In this document: positions 13,030 through 29,890 of the stretch, piece by piece
How positions within the stretch are numbered: position 1 is the stretch's first letter
Layout: each line of letters starts with the position of its first letter
Source of the DNA: the human T2T-CHM13v2.0 reference genome, Homo sapiens
NCBI RefSeq assembly: GCF_009914755.1
Contig: NC_060948.1
Direction: 5' to 3' (one strand)
DNA length: 64,000 nt
The notes under the pieces: model-generated
Told to the model about the DNA's origin: nothing
Databases searched by the model: none
The model's input: only the letters and a program-made list of their open reading frames with translations
Made by a program: the position numbers and the translations under genes

Positions 13030-15103
13030 GAGCAGGGAGGCAACCCTGCGGGAGGAGGCATGGCAGTGGGGGATGACACCATGGCAGAGATGGAGGTGGT
13101 GACCAAGGAGGCCAATGTGGAGCGGCAGTTGGAGGACTAGCAGGCATAGCCTGGCCCAGGCCCCAGTACGCCACGGCCCACAACAGACTCTCTGGACGTC
13201 CTTCACTTGGAGCTGGACTCCGTGAATGCCGCAGGCTGCAGGGCATCCCCTACTTCTGGGCCAGAGCCATATCTTTGCAGCTGCCAATTCAGCGTGGCTG
13301 GCAGCAGCGGGTGGGCATCAAGCTCCCGGGAGAGGGTTTGGGAGAAGCATGGTGGTAGGCACCAGGGGTCAGCAAGATTCAGGGGCTGGGGGACAAGGAT
13401 GGCAACCGAGGACAGGCTCCTGCAGATAGGAGGGCAGCTTGCTTGCGGGTGCCCTGAGGGCACGTGGTAAGAACAGGAAGCCAAGCACAACACACACAAG
13501 GGAGAATAACAGCGCAAAGGACCCTTCATAAACAGCAGAAAGTTGAAGGACAGGTTTCACTGGGAAAGTCCCTGCAGGAAAGGGAGTCTGCATGCCCATG
13601 CCAGCCATGGAACTACTCCTGCTCCCCATGCCTGTGTCCAGCAGACTCACCCCAGAAACACAAGGTGCTCAAGACTTGGGTTCACAGTGCACAGGGCTGC
13701 TGTACCCTGCAAGGCAGGCAACAGCTCCCAAGACAGGATTTCTTCCCTCCCCCGGCACTGCACCCAAAGACGTGTAGGCCCTGAGCATATATAACCTCCC
13801 CTGAACCCACACGAGCCCCATGGGGAGAGCCAGGCATAGCCCTGCAGCCACTTCTACCCACAGAGGTTCCCTCGTGTGTACAAGCCCACCCCTCAGGGAG
13901 ACCAGGAGAAGGGGAGAGCGCACATCCGGACAGCAGCAGAAGCTGTCCAGCACCCAGCACACGAGGGCCTCCTGCAGCTCAGGAACTCTGAGCAAGTAGC
14001 CGCCTGACACCACAATACCCCGCCCACAACCCCCTGACCACTTCTTCTGTGTCTGACCCTGGTCAGAGCACGCTGTCTGGGCGGCCAAGACCACCACAGC
14101 CGCGATGGTGCCCCCCATGCCAGACAGAGACAAAGGACCAGGAAGGGAAGGTGCTAGACCAAAGTCCTGCGAGGTAGCCCTGCCCCACACTCTCCGTGCT
14201 CTTGCAAAGTTGCAGGGTGTCTCCTTGCATGCCCACCCAGTCATCTGGCGGCTCCTTGACCAGAGGCAGATTGTGCGGCACACGCAGATGTTGGCCAGGA
14301 TCACAAATGATAATGAAGTCAGTCTTCCTAAGCTACTTGACGGATTTGTAGGTCAGGCTAAGGAACCTGGGTCTGCAGGAGGGATTCAGTTTCTGAGTGA
14401 GTTTGAGGTCGCTCTGGGGCCGCGGGGTGTCTCAGCGGGAGAGCTGGAAAGGGGAAACGCGTTCTTCACTCCAGCTAACTCAGTGAAACTCCATGAAACT
14501 CAGCCTAGCTACATGAAATGGTCCTTTGAGTCCGTCCTCTTTCTTCTTCTTGGCCAGGTAGGGAGAGGAACACAGCCATCCTGAGTACCAGTGGCAGGAT
14601 GAAGTTTTCCTTTCATCATAACCTTTATTTCCACAATGAAGGTATCATTAAGGGATATTGTGTTGGCATCCTCTGTAAGGAGGGCCTCCCAGCATAATAG
14701 GGGAGGTGGAGTATGGGAGGGTGGGTCTGGCATGAACCTGTCTGTCTCCTCTCTCTCTAGGATACAGGGTATCTCATTCCACTGCAGTCCAGTGGTTGTG
14801 GCATCCTGAAGGTCAATGCTGCAGGCAGTTACACCTCCTACCTGAGCTTTTTCAGCTGGTTGGCTGACCATGGGTGCCCAGGTTCTGGCAGAATAGCTGA
14901 GGTAGGCACCATGGTGGGGCATCATGGAAAAGAACCTTGCTGGTCATTCCTTCACCTCTGGGTAATTGGCTTTGAGCCATGACCTGATTTGTCCTGTAGC
15001 CCCGTCTGCAGTCCCCCAGATCGTCAGCCAGGGCCTGTGCTCAATACCCTGCGTACATTCCAATGGAGGGAGGCCATTAGAGAGGGAACAGAGAGGAGGT
15101 CAG
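13030..15103 (+). pseudogene. FAM197Y: TSPY-family (NAP/SET domain) pseudogene, FAM197Y-like
   Basis: Exon 1 from ATG 13081 reads MAEMEVVTKEANVERQLED*QA*PGPGPSTPRPTTDSLDVLHLELDSVNA. TSPY-like exons with AG/GT ends follow: 14270-14351 (IVRHTQMLARITNDNE), 14558-14674 (FHHNLYFHNEGIIKGY), 14761-14901 (YRVSHSTAVQW...FFSWLADHGCPGSGRIAE) and 15020-15103. Stops and frameshifts are present. Confidence 0.82.
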
Positions 15104-16226
15104 GTGAGCAGTCTAGGGCTGGGGACTGAGAGGCCTTTGATTCCTGGAGTTGTGCCCCACATGGAGAACCTGAGCCTCAGGGAGGTGACTGCAGTGAGCA
15201 ATCCCAAGCCATTCAAGGGGTGGTGGAGAAATGGCCATCAGAGAACTGTAACACCCACATTTTAGGATTGGGGCACCTGAAGCCTCCTAAGGGGCATAAG
15301 TGTTTAAGGCCAGTGGGTGAGAAGCAAGGCTCAAGGGATAGCTGTCTCATCATCCCTGCCCGCTCTTTTCCCTGCCCTGAGGCCGGCTACCACTTGGTGC
15401 TCAGTTTGGGCTCTCTCACTCTCTCTCACCCTCCACACAGATGTCCCCCAGGGCCAGTCTCTGTGTCCTCCCAGAATGGCTCTCCCAGGCCCATCATTTT
15501 CAGTTACAATGATCCCAGGCTCCCCTGACATGTTTACTCCCCTCTGCCATCCTCACTCACACTGGCCCACTCCTCCAGACGAGAGGCCACTGCACAGGGA
15601 ATCTGAAGGACCACACTGGGCTTACAGGGGAGGAAATGTGAAGAGACTGCAAAATAGCTGGGGACCTTCAGTGTGTGTCCAGGGAGGGAAACTGGTGGGG
15701 AATTAAGGCCCACCTGAGTACTGGTGTGGACACCCAGTGTTACTTATCATGATGAAGACCTGCTTTGTCACATCCCCTAATATTAATATGGAAGTTATTT
15801 TCTTGGAATAGTGAAACAATGAGTAAGAAGAAATACTGTTTGTTCAGATTTGTATGGAAATACTGCAGATGCATCCATTTTCCATTACAATTCTTATGTG
15901 AGACTTGAAGTGTTTATTGAATTTTAAGATACATTTTGATTGTTCTGCTCCTGGCAAATTTTATGGTCATGTTTGCAATGTACAGACATAGAATCCGAAA
16001 ATTTTTGAGTGACTTTTAGCTTCTTTTAGAGTACTTACTTGTAAATTTTGAATTTTTTCTCCTGTGGTTCTCTTCAGTTTATTATTTGAACTTTATATGC
16101 AAGGTGATAAATTTGTTTTCTTATTTGCCTCTTGTGGAATTTTTAAAGGACTTTTTTTTTCTGTTAGATATGTGAGTTTGGCTGTGAGTACCTTTTCTAG
16201 TACAAAATTTTTATTTTCATTGGTTA

Positions 16227-16229
<3 letters not shown>

Positions 16230-16263
<34 letters not shown>

Positions 16264-16545
16264 GAGATGGAGTCTTGCTCTGTCATCCAGGCTGGAGTGA
16301 ATTGGCAGGATCTCCACTCGCCTCAAACTGTGCCTCCCAGATTCAAGCAATTCCCCTGCCTCAGCCTGCTGAGGAGCTAGGATTACAGTCACATGCCCCC
16401 ATGTCCAGCTAATTTTTGTATTTTTAGTCAAGACTGGGTTTCACCATATTTGCCAGGCTGCTCTCAAACTCCTGACCTCAAGTGATCCACCTGACTTGGC
16501 ATACCAAAATGCTGGGCTTACAAGTGTGAGCAACCATGCCTGGCC
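16230..16545 (-). mobile_element. Alu (AluS-like) with (GT)n tail
   Basis: tttgagatggagtcttgctctg ... caaccatgcctggcc. Confidence 0.87.
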
Positions 16546-16574
16546 TCATTTGTTTTTTTATGTATTTGAACGCT

Positions 16575-16841
16575 TGTTCTATTTTCTTCATGTACATGTA
16601 TTTTAGAGTTACTGAAATAATATATTTTATTTATTTACTGAATACTGTAGTAGGATTTTAAAAGTAATATTTTTATTCACTAAATACAGTATTGTGAATA
16701 GGTTCAACCTTGTGTAGTACTGTTATTCTTTCTTTCATATATTCTTCAATAACTCTGTTACTGTTTTTCCCCCACCTGAGGAGAACATGCAGATAGTTAC
16801 AAAAAATTGTGTGAGTGAGTGTGTATGAAAATGTAATTTGA

Positions 16842-16842
<1 letters not shown>
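16575..16842. repeat. Paralogous block, copy 1 (copy 2 at 29897-30160)
   Basis: ttgttctattttcttcatgtaca ... cacctgaggagaacatgcagatagtta ... aatttgaa occurs at both sites in the same orientation. Confidence 0.85.
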
Positions 16843-17173
<331 letters not shown>

Positions 17174-19224
17174 TTAAAAGCCAGTATAATTTTAATTTTA
17201 TTGTAGTCATCACCTTCAGACATTGTTTATTTTGGAGAAGTGATTATGGAAATCTGAAATATCAAGGCCTGATGAGAATACTTAAATTAACCACACTCCA
17301 GAAGTCCAAATCTGAAAAGCAAAGATGTTTCTGATATAATAGCCCAAATTCTGCATTTCCTCTCTATTGGGCAGTATGATATTGTACACATGAAAAACAA
17401 ATGCAGTGTTAAATAAAAAGTAATGGGATTAAGAGGAGTCATTGCTTAGTGAGTTAAAATGACACACAAATAAATTGAGAAGAAAACAAAGACAACGATA
17501 GAAAATACATTGTCTATTGATTTAATTCAGAATAATTTTCATTTTTCTCTATTAGCACTAAATAGTACCATTAACATAATATAATTTTGTATATTGACTT
17601 CTAACATGTGAGTGGCTTTTATTTTGTATATTTGGAAACCTAATCAAAGATTCTTTATACATTTTTCCCCCAAATTTGCTAGCCAATAACTAGCTAAATG
17701 CTAGTTGACTGAATACCACTCACTAAGTAGTTTGACTGTTCCCATTAATTTTAATATGAACTTTGGTCTGTATTTTGTTGACATCTTTACTAAATCTGTA
17801 GGTGGTGACATTGTTCAGGTCTCAGTCATGGATCCTCTTGGGTTTTCTCAAGGCTAAAACACCCTTTTTGTGCTGACCATTAACAAATTCCCAGTTTCAG
17901 GCCAGATCTTTGTTCTGACCTTCAGACTTGGCATATCCAACTGCATGCCTTACATCTCCACTAACAAAACCAGATCTTCATTTCATCCTCCAAACATGTT
18001 TCCTCCTACAGTATTCCACTATTTCAGAAATTCACAGCACCAAATACCCTGTGTTTCAAGCTAGAAATGTAGAGGATGATTCTTCAGGCAGCCTTTTCTC
18101 AATGACTCTTCATCATTCACATCCAACTCTTCACAGGTTGTGTGTCCCCTCTGAGAATTATATAGTCTCAGTAAATAATGACTGGCCCCTAAACAACCTT
18201 CAATCATCCTTTTTTTTTTTCAATTTGTGTCAGTTTCTCTACAGAACAGCTGGAGCTCTGCAATATCAATGTTGGAGAAAGTACCATTCTCTGCAAATAT
18301 TACTATTTTATTTATCACGAGATAAATGTTCCTTAAAAATGCCCACATGAAGCTATGTTAAGTAACACAATTAAATGAGGGCTTTGTTTTACAGACAAGT
18401 ACAAGGCAAATAGAATCCATCATTACATGATCTTTATAACTACATATACAGGTACTAGATATTTTAGACCCCACTTCATATGTCTGAAATTTGGGTCTCA
18501 AAATACTTAACTTCTCTTAAAGTCTAATTTCAGATTACAAAAATACCTCTTTCCACAATATTGTGCTATCTCCCTTTAAGATCCAGATGGGGAATCATTA
18601 AAAACAACAACAACAACAAAAACGTCATTTTCTTCCACCTCTCCTAGCTGTGCCAAAATCTAAATTTTCTGTGGAGATGCTGTCATGTGCAATTTCACCA
18701 AAACTTTTACAACTCTAACCACAGTAGTGGCCTACCTGTTCATCCAATACCTGCACACCTGCTTTAACACAGAAAAATTTGGAAGTTAATATGATTATTA
18801 ACTATTATCATTATAGACAATGGCATCTGAAGATGCTTTCCAATCTTCCTTGAATGTATGAAATTCAAAATGCCAGTACAATCTCCAAATTGTCAGTTAA
18901 TCTTAGTAGCAGTGGATCATTTACAGAAGGTAATTTTGCTGCAGTGGTCAAATATTTTTGTTAAATACTGCTATTTTATAGCCATACATAGCATTAACTG
19001 ACACACAGGGTATAGCTAGAAATATGATCCTAAAGAAAATGTTAAGAAATAGGTTTCTTATTTTTTGCTAAATTGCAAACTAACAGGTTAATTACTACTC
19101 TGAAGTGCTAGATAGTTGGAGTAGTATTTGCCAAGAATGAAAATGCATTTAGGGGCATACAACTTGAGAAGCCTGGAGTGAGGGAAGGATAAGGTATTTA
19201 TTCCTGACTCCTGACTTGATGTTC

Positions 19225-19226
<2 letters not shown>

Positions 19227-19256
<30 letters not shown>
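19227..19256. repeat. (GT)n microsatellite followed by a T-rich tract
   Basis: Direct read. Confidence 0.9.
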
Positions 19257-19259
<3 letters not shown>

Positions 19260-22200
19260 TTTTTTATTTTTTTTGTGTTTTGGGTTTTTTTTGTTTGTTT
19301 TGTTTTGTTATTTTTTTACTTTCTCTTATGTGTGAGACCAAAGTTTCACAAACAACCCCAAATAATTATGTGGGTCATAAAATATATGTCCAGATACTTC
19401 CAGCTATTTTCCTTCAAAATCCTGGTTCAATCATCTGAAATGAGACCTGGAGAACCAGTAATTCTAACAAGTATGCTAAGAGATTATTAACAAATGACAA
19501 TTGTGAGATATTTAGAAAACCATGCAGGAGCTAGGTAATCAACATTTAATAATTTGTTCTTACTATAAGGGTAAATGATTTTATTGAAATGACTATTTAG
19601 ATGAGTTTTATGAAAAAGACATAATTAAGCACTTCAGTGCTTTCTAATTAGTATCTTTAAAGTATGTTTTGCTAAAGTGGCAAAATTATTTTTTCATTTG
19701 AAGTTAGCATCATAGCCACAAATGACTTCTGAGTTAGCCTTTTGAAAATCTTCAGATCATAAATTCTAAAAACTATCTTGAGTGTTTATAAAACTCAAGA
19801 AAAATCACTAAGAAAAATATAAATAAAAATACCAGTATCCAAAATAATAAAAATAACTCTTACAAATATACAAGAAAAAATATATACAATCTAGCCCAGG
19901 AGAAGGAAAAAGCAGTACAGGTAAGTAGTTAGATCTTTTTCAGAAAAGAGGAAAGTCAAATGACCAACGAAAAATGACTAGATGCTTGAGCTCATTAGTA
20001 ATCCAGGGATATAAATCAAAACCACATTAGGTTCTAACTTTCCTTCATTAGCTTGGCAACTATTAAAATAATAACACTGAGTGGAGTCAAGAATGTAAGA
20101 AAAGTGTAATTTTTTCCATCAATCCACAGGACTATCTAATGATATTTAGTAAAATTAGGGTGACTACAAGGGTTATTGTTCCAACGGAAATTTTTTTTAG
20201 GATAAAAGAGTCCTAACATATACAAAACCATTTATTATTTAGTATATTATTTCCTTACAGGCAAATTGTTTTTACTATATCGATGGATCTATTACATAGT
20301 TATCTTCCAACTATTTTTGAAAATGAAATTCCTTCAAAAATTTAAAACCACAATTACATATCTTCAAGCAAAACAGAAAAATAGCTTCTTTACATTTATT
20401 ATTTAAACATTAGAAATAGTAGGCAGAATAATGACCCCGGAACATATTTATATGAACTGATCTGTTTCTTATCAATAATTATCCATAGTTCTTTTCTGGA
20501 AAATGCATTTCTTTCAATTTTATATTGGTTTTTAAAATAAAGTTACTTGCAAGCTTTTCCAAAGTTGCTTCTTGTTACCAATAAAAGTTATCAACAATGT
20601 TTAGTGTAACTGAACATTAAAAATCATTTGTCACATTATTCAATGTTTTATTTCTCGCACAATAAAATTTCAAGAGCTTTATTTTAATTCCAATGATTGA
20701 CTAAATGTTCAAACCATTTTTAATTTAATTTTCTGTTTGAAACATCTAAATGTCATTATTGAATTCTTTTGGAATTTCTTCTGTAGCTAATGGAGCTAAC
20801 ATACTAACAATTACTGATGCATATTTCTTAACTGCAAAAAAATTAGAATTAAAATATATACACAATTGATTTTTTAAAAAATAGTAATTTGATGTAAATA
20901 AAAAGCCCTGCATCTCAGAATTATATGCTTAATTTTTCCGAATTCACATACTAAACCTGTGAAAATGTCATCTTCAGGCACAGTTTTCTTAATGTAACTA
21001 AGTATTACCTTCTGAAATAGCAGCTGCTTTTTCCCCTCAGCTTTCTATATGCTGGATTTCAGGATATCACTTTTAGCCTTGTGGTTCTAACATGGAATAC
21101 AAGGCTTTATGATTACATCATTTGTTTATTGGCACTTTTCAACCCATAATTTGATTTAAAGGGAAATTGAGAAGTTTTTAATTAAATACCTACTTGCATT
21201 TTTCAACCATTGCTGCTGAAACAGATTTTTGTAAAATAGTCATTAGCAAGCAGCCCATAAATAGTTGTAGGTATATGAGAGATGACAAAACCACTGTGGC
21301 CAGACCAATTAACTATGCTCTGTGTGTTAAGCTTCTATTTCTAGCACATAATTTACGTATATCTAGCCTATTATTTCCTTCATTTTCCCCAAACCTACCA
21401 CACGATGATCTGGGAGTGTCATATAAGTGGACCACATAGAAAGAAAACAAAACAAAACAAAAAATAAACCATGTCAAATACTTCTTCCATCACCAGGCAA
21501 GATTGGAAGAAACTACTCATCCCTAGCTACTACTGATTCAGTGCATATTGATTTACCGTCACTCAGTCTGCTACATGCAGTCCTTGAAAAGTAGCAGGAT
21601 CTATGTTTTGTGTGAACTGTGTCAGGAAACTAAAGTTGATTTTCAGATTATCCCCACACTAAAGTCATCGTTCTGTTAACATTTTATTTTTCTCACATAC
21701 TGATAGAGGCCTGACAAGCTGTAATTGTTAAACAAAATGAACATTTAGCACACACATGCTGGTTCTAATTAATGTAACTTATAATAATACTTCACTAAAA
21801 ATGAAAAATCTAAGACATATGCTAAGCTGATTAGCATGGATCAACAATAGTAATAAAGTGGTAGTCCAGGGAGCTAATGAGAATATTTTATCTCCTCAAA
21901 ATTAAAACTGTACACACACTGCAGTCCTGACATTCTTCTAGTATATTCATTAGAAACTCTCACATATGTGTAACTGGAGGGATAGGGAAGGTTTTTCATT
22001 GTAGCATTTCAATAAAGCCATCATGGAACATAAGAATTCAGTAGACTGCGAACTATGCCATCAATAATGGCAGCTGTCAACAAGAATCTTAACAGAAAAA
22101 AAATGTGAAATAATACACACATTATAATATTGACATAAACACTCAAAATTCACAAAACACCAGTATTATTCAGAAATAAATATTTTAATAAATTTTAAAA

Positions 22201-22695
22201 ATATGAATATAATACCAGTTCCTGATAATGGTGCCTAAGAAATGGTAAAAAGGAAACTAACCTGAGGGCGAATATTCCAATTACAACCAGAGGTAATGTA
22301 AGTAGAAAAAGGAATATATTAATAGCTGCTATTTTTAAGTGGGGTTAAATTGGTATTTGTTATATTATTTTGTATTTCTATATCTTTTTAAATTTTCCTC
22401 AAAACCAAATAATTTTATAATACCATTTACATTGCAATCACCTTGTGAAGTAATTGCTTTACAATTTCCTTGTCTCAATTGTCACTTCCAAGAAATTAAA
22501 AAAATTAAAAATTAGAACAAGTGGTATTTTCAAAGAAAAACATTTTACAAGTGTGAGATAAAATATATTACCAGCACTTCACATTTTTTGACTCATTATC
22601 CATGTAAAATCACGTAGTAGAAGAGAGAAGGACACAGGCAGAATTTCATGTATAAGTAGAGGAAACATTTGTATGTTTATTTAAAATATCTTCTT

Positions 22696-25298
<2,603 letters not shown>

Positions 25299-25311
25299 AA
25301 AATATCTTCTT

Positions 25312-26142
25312 AAGACATACTAGTGGCCAAGAAACATAAGAAAAGTGCTCAACATCACTGATCATCAGAGAAATCCAAATCAAAATCACAACAAGATACC
25401 ATCTCATACCAAGTCAGAATGACTATTATTATTAAAAAGCGAAAATAATAAGAATGATGTATGTGGGCAAGGCTGCAGGGAACAAGGAACTCTTATACAC
25501 TGGTGGTAAGAATGTTCAGTCACTGTGGAAAGCAGTTTGGGGATTTCTAAAAGAACTAACAATAGAACTACCATTCCACCCAGCAATCATATTACTCAGT
25601 ATATGCTCAAAGGAAAATAAATCATTAAAGCTACCAAAAAGACACAGGAAATCTCATATTCATCACCATAGCGAAGACACGAGGTTAACCTAGGAGCCCA
25701 TCCATGGTGGATGGGATAAAGAAAATGTGGTACATATGAACCCTGTACTAGCACACAGCCATAAAAAGAACAAAATCATCTCCTTTACAGCAACACGGAC
25801 TTAGCTGTGTTATTAACCTAAGCAAATTAATGAGGAAACAGAAAAACAAATATTGAATATTCTCAATTATGAAACAAATATTGAATATTCTCAATTATGA
25901 AAAAGAGCTTAAACTTAGGTGCACACAGAAATAAAGACAGGAACATTATACAGTGGGACTCCAAAGTGGGACAGAGGGAGAGAGGCAGGGGCTGAAAATC
26001 TTCCTATTGGGTACAAAGTTCGGTATCTGGGTGATGGGATCAACAGAAGACTAAACATCGGCATCACACAATATGCCTTTGTAACAAGCCTGCACATGTA
26101 CTCTCTGAATCTATACTAAAAATGAAATACAAATAAAATAAA
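25312..26142 (+). mobile_element. Older L1 (L1PB/L1MA-like) 3' end
   Basis: Decayed ORF2 C-terminus and 3'UTR (gtaacaagcctgcacatgtac) with an A-rich tail. Confidence 0.8.
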
Positions 26143-28948
26143 TACACTACTAAAGGAAATAATATGTTACATTACAGAATTGACATTATTGCAGTGATAC
26201 GTAATTGAAACATGCTAATAAAATCTATATAAGCTTTGTGGAAACGGTGATGTCTCCTGACTGTCTTTAAAAGTATAAAAATGGGATGGCTACCTTATGC
26301 AAATTAATTAGACTTCAGTTGCCCTAATTAAGAGAGCATCAGCTGAGTCAAACAATAATAGATAAGTTATAATTCATGTCACCATTCTACCTTATTATAT
26401 TACCTCCGAAATCATATCCCAAGTTTTCTTCTATTTTGAGAAACATCACTCTACATACATATAGAACAAAGATTGGTTTTGCAGATTAGCATGATTTTAA
26501 TAGAGCAAATTCCATCTTCAAATCTGATAAGCACTTTCCAATCCATAAAACACTGTTAGAAAAACCTATCAGGCTAGACACATTTCACAGAGCCTGTGAA
26601 GTTATAAATCACTTATACCTCCCTCTTGTGTTACCATGATAATGCATAGCACTTACATACTGTTTCTTAGCTTGAAAGAGCTGAGGAACTTTAATTAATC
26701 CTTAGACTACCCAGTGAGAGAGTGAGAAGAAGACTGGTGAAGAGATCATTTAACTACATAATTCACACTTGCTTATATGTAATTCAGCATATGTGTCATG
26801 TTGTATTCTCCTAGCTTTCTATTTCAATCTTCAGAGAAATAATATTTATGTGTGAATGTATGATGCATAGGCATCTATTATGAATAAAATTATGTAGACT
26901 GCACTCTGTCTGCCACTAAAAGCTAACAGATATATGTACATCCAACACACAAAAAACATCTGGTACATTCTGCTGTATTTTCTTTTCTTATTCATTTCAT
27001 ATATCATCTTCAGGCATTTCAGAGTGGACTTCTTATATTTGAATAGGCTAAAAATTTTAAATAAGGAATATACAAATCTCTTGTTAATTTTTATAATTAC
27101 TTTATTTTTTTGGGAAATGTATTAAATATAAATGTTTATAAATGAATAAAAGAGAATATCGTATGTGAACGCTTCACTGAAATGAAAGAATATTTAACTA
27201 TTCTATTTATAATTCTGTTCAGCAGGATTTCCTTCTCTGCAGGTAGCTGGTTAGAGGGGTCTACCAAAACAAATCTATTTCTGCAGTGAATACCAACACT
27301 GGGTTACTCAGGAAAGAACTCTTTCAGTCTGCAAAACACAATACATCTTTTCCCTGAGCAGTGTAAATTCTTATACAGTTTTACTGTTCAACTAAAATTT
27401 CAATTTAAACATTTTCCTTCTTATTACAAAGAAAATCTGGTTACTTCTAATTGCTTGCCCAAAATCTAATCTCTATAAGTATATAAAATTACATAGACAT
27501 ACACACATGCATAAAAAAAAACTGTGCAACTGGAAGACCAACTGTTGTGTACATGTGTTCTGTTTTAAAAAACTTTCTACTGTACTATTTGCATTAAGGT
27601 TATAGTTGTAATTCAATCAATGACCCATTTTAAACGAGTGGCTAGGACATCACTGGAGAAAGTGTGTACAATGCAAGAAACATTTCCCTATGCATCACTT
27701 TATTTGTAAATACATTTATACTTTATAGTTAAAATGGTTAACTTTTTTGTCAAAGACTGATACTGGCAAAAGTTTTGTTTCTTAATATATTCTTTAATTT
27801 TTTCCAAAATGTTTTTAAATATCATTCATATATTTATTCTAATTTCTTCTGGGAATAAATGGCCAAAGAAAAATGGAGAAAATAATTTTTTTCCTATAAG
27901 TTTATCATCTCCTGAGTGTCAAACTTGTCATGAAAGGAGAGATGCATCTTCTGCTCTTACTTTAGGACCAGAGTTTCCACCAACAGATTATAAATGTGAA
28001 AATAACTGCCTACTTAAAGACACTGTTCTGCAGAAAACACTATTACAGTCTGAGATTGAACCCTAAGGACTGGCCTTGGGAAACTTGAGACTTTGGTCAA
28101 CTAATTTCTAAGGATGTTCTCTGTTGCAAGGGTTATTGACTCTTCAGTCAAACACTGTATCATGGAAAATCTAACCTAGTTGGCCATTTGGTTATGAGAT
28201 GATAAAAAATAAGAAAAATATTCCTGGAATGCAGATAGCCAGAACTGTAGGTCTTCAAGGAAAAGTACTCTCAGTAACAATGTGAAAGTTTGTCTGAATT
28301 TCCATTTCCACATTATGATAATTATGCCACATTTTTTAGCATTTCTGTAAATTATTTCTGGTTTTGAAAATCTTTACTTTTGAATGTGGATTTATCTTTA
28401 AAAATTAATATTGTTTCATGGGACCATTTGCTTGTATAAATTATGCAACATTTTATGGGAGCTCATATACAGACATCTCATACAAAGCAAGTGATGAGAC
28501 ATATGTTTGAGATGCATTAGGGTGGATGAAAAGGAAGCAGTGTTTTTACTCTCTTGGTCTCTCACTTCTGATAAGATAAACTACAAAATACTTACAAACA
28601 AAAGTTTAAAAAAGAATGACTGAATCTCTTGTGTCCGACTGTTGTTTTGTATCCCATAAACCCTTTATGCTATATCTAAGACTTAAAGTGTTTTAAACAG
28701 TAGATATTGGTCTTTAGGATATCAAGTGGAGGCAGGGTGACACAAGCAGTTGCTGCCTGGGGGATATTATCTAACGAAAGAAGTCAGCAACAGGCAGCTG
28801 AAAGGGCAGTGGTCCAGTGCCAGCTGTTTAGCTGAGACTTGTATAAGTTTCTCAAAAATTGATAGATGCCGAGCTGCCCGTAAGTTACTTACACTTCCCC
28901 AAGAGCACCTCTCAACTAGAAAGGCAGAAGAAACACTGAAAAGGATAC

Positions 28949-29416
28949 AACATTGGCCCAGAAGCCAGGGATGCTCTGGATGATGGCCCCTCTGCGGTCC
29001 AGGTGGGGCTTGCACCTCCGCTCCATCTTTTCCCGCTGCCGAGAAAAGGCCTTCCTGGCTTGGGCATTAACCAGCTCCAGCCCCACCCGAACGGCCAGCA
29101 GCTCCTCCAGTGCAGACTCTGGGGTCATGGGCCCAGGGCCAGGCTGTGCCCGCTGGTCCTTCTGCCGCTCCACGAGGGCCTCCTCCTCGGCCATCACCCC
29201 CACCTCCGCCATTATGTCATCCAACACCAGCACTGTCTCCTGCTTCAAGGTTGCCTCCTCCCTCTGCGCCTCGGGCAGAGTGAAGACGGTGCACCCTGAA
29301 GACGGTGTCCTTCTCCGGACTCCCATAGACCACCGCCTGTGCAGCCCGACCCATAGCACAGGAACCCTGCGCTGCCCTTTCTGTAGCCTGTGGGTGGGCG
29401 GGAACTCAGGGCGCAT
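28949..29416 (-). pseudogene. TSPY: TSPY pseudogene: isolated exon 1 (open frame, 156 codons), downstream exons not found
   Basis: MRPE...[21 protein letters not shown]...[65 protein letters not shown]; GT donor at 28947-8; intron-1-like sequence stops after about 100 bp. Confidence 0.92.
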
Positions 29417-29445
29417 GCACCTGGCTTCCAGGCGCCACCTAACGG

Positions 29446-29890
29446 ACTGCACTCAAAGGGCACCTGGAGCCGCGCCAAGACCGCCAGCCTCCCCCTGCGG
29501 CCAATCAGTGCGAGGCGGTGCGCATCTCCCTGGGCGGCACCAACCAAGGCTGGCCTGCAGTCCCAGCCTCCCGGGGTAAGCCTACTCTGAGAAGCCCTCA
29601 GAGCTAGTGCCAGGTAGCGCTGCATCCAGGCACACGCGGGCTGCGTGACCTTTGGAAATGCTGGCATGTGAGCCCTGTGCCCTAACTGACATCCTGAGTG
29701 TGGCAAGCCATTGACCCACAAGGAACACATGAAACGTCTCACTTCATTACGCAAGCCAGGTAGATGGTACGGAATATTGCAGATCCGGAGAATTCTCTGG
29801 CTGCTGGGGCGAGGGCAGCGGGAGTGGCCTGGGGAAAGTGGGTCCAGGCCGGCGCGTGGGAGAAAAGTCGCCTGGTTATGCTGAGGTTTT
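29446..29890 (-). promoter_or_regulatory. TSPY 5'UTR/promoter region (CpG-rich, CCAAT at 29501)
   Basis: Immediately upstream of the TSPY ATG; GC-rich; ggccaatcagtgcgaggcgg. Confidence 0.65.

Noticed and set aside
11755-15706. Many overlapping 60-211 aa ORFs
   Set aside because: Expected in GC-rich DNA; only the TSPY/FAM197Y-like exon pieces show recognisable homology, and they are disrupted.
28953-29579. 208-aa plus-strand ORF
   Set aside because: Antisense of the GC-rich TSPY exon 1.
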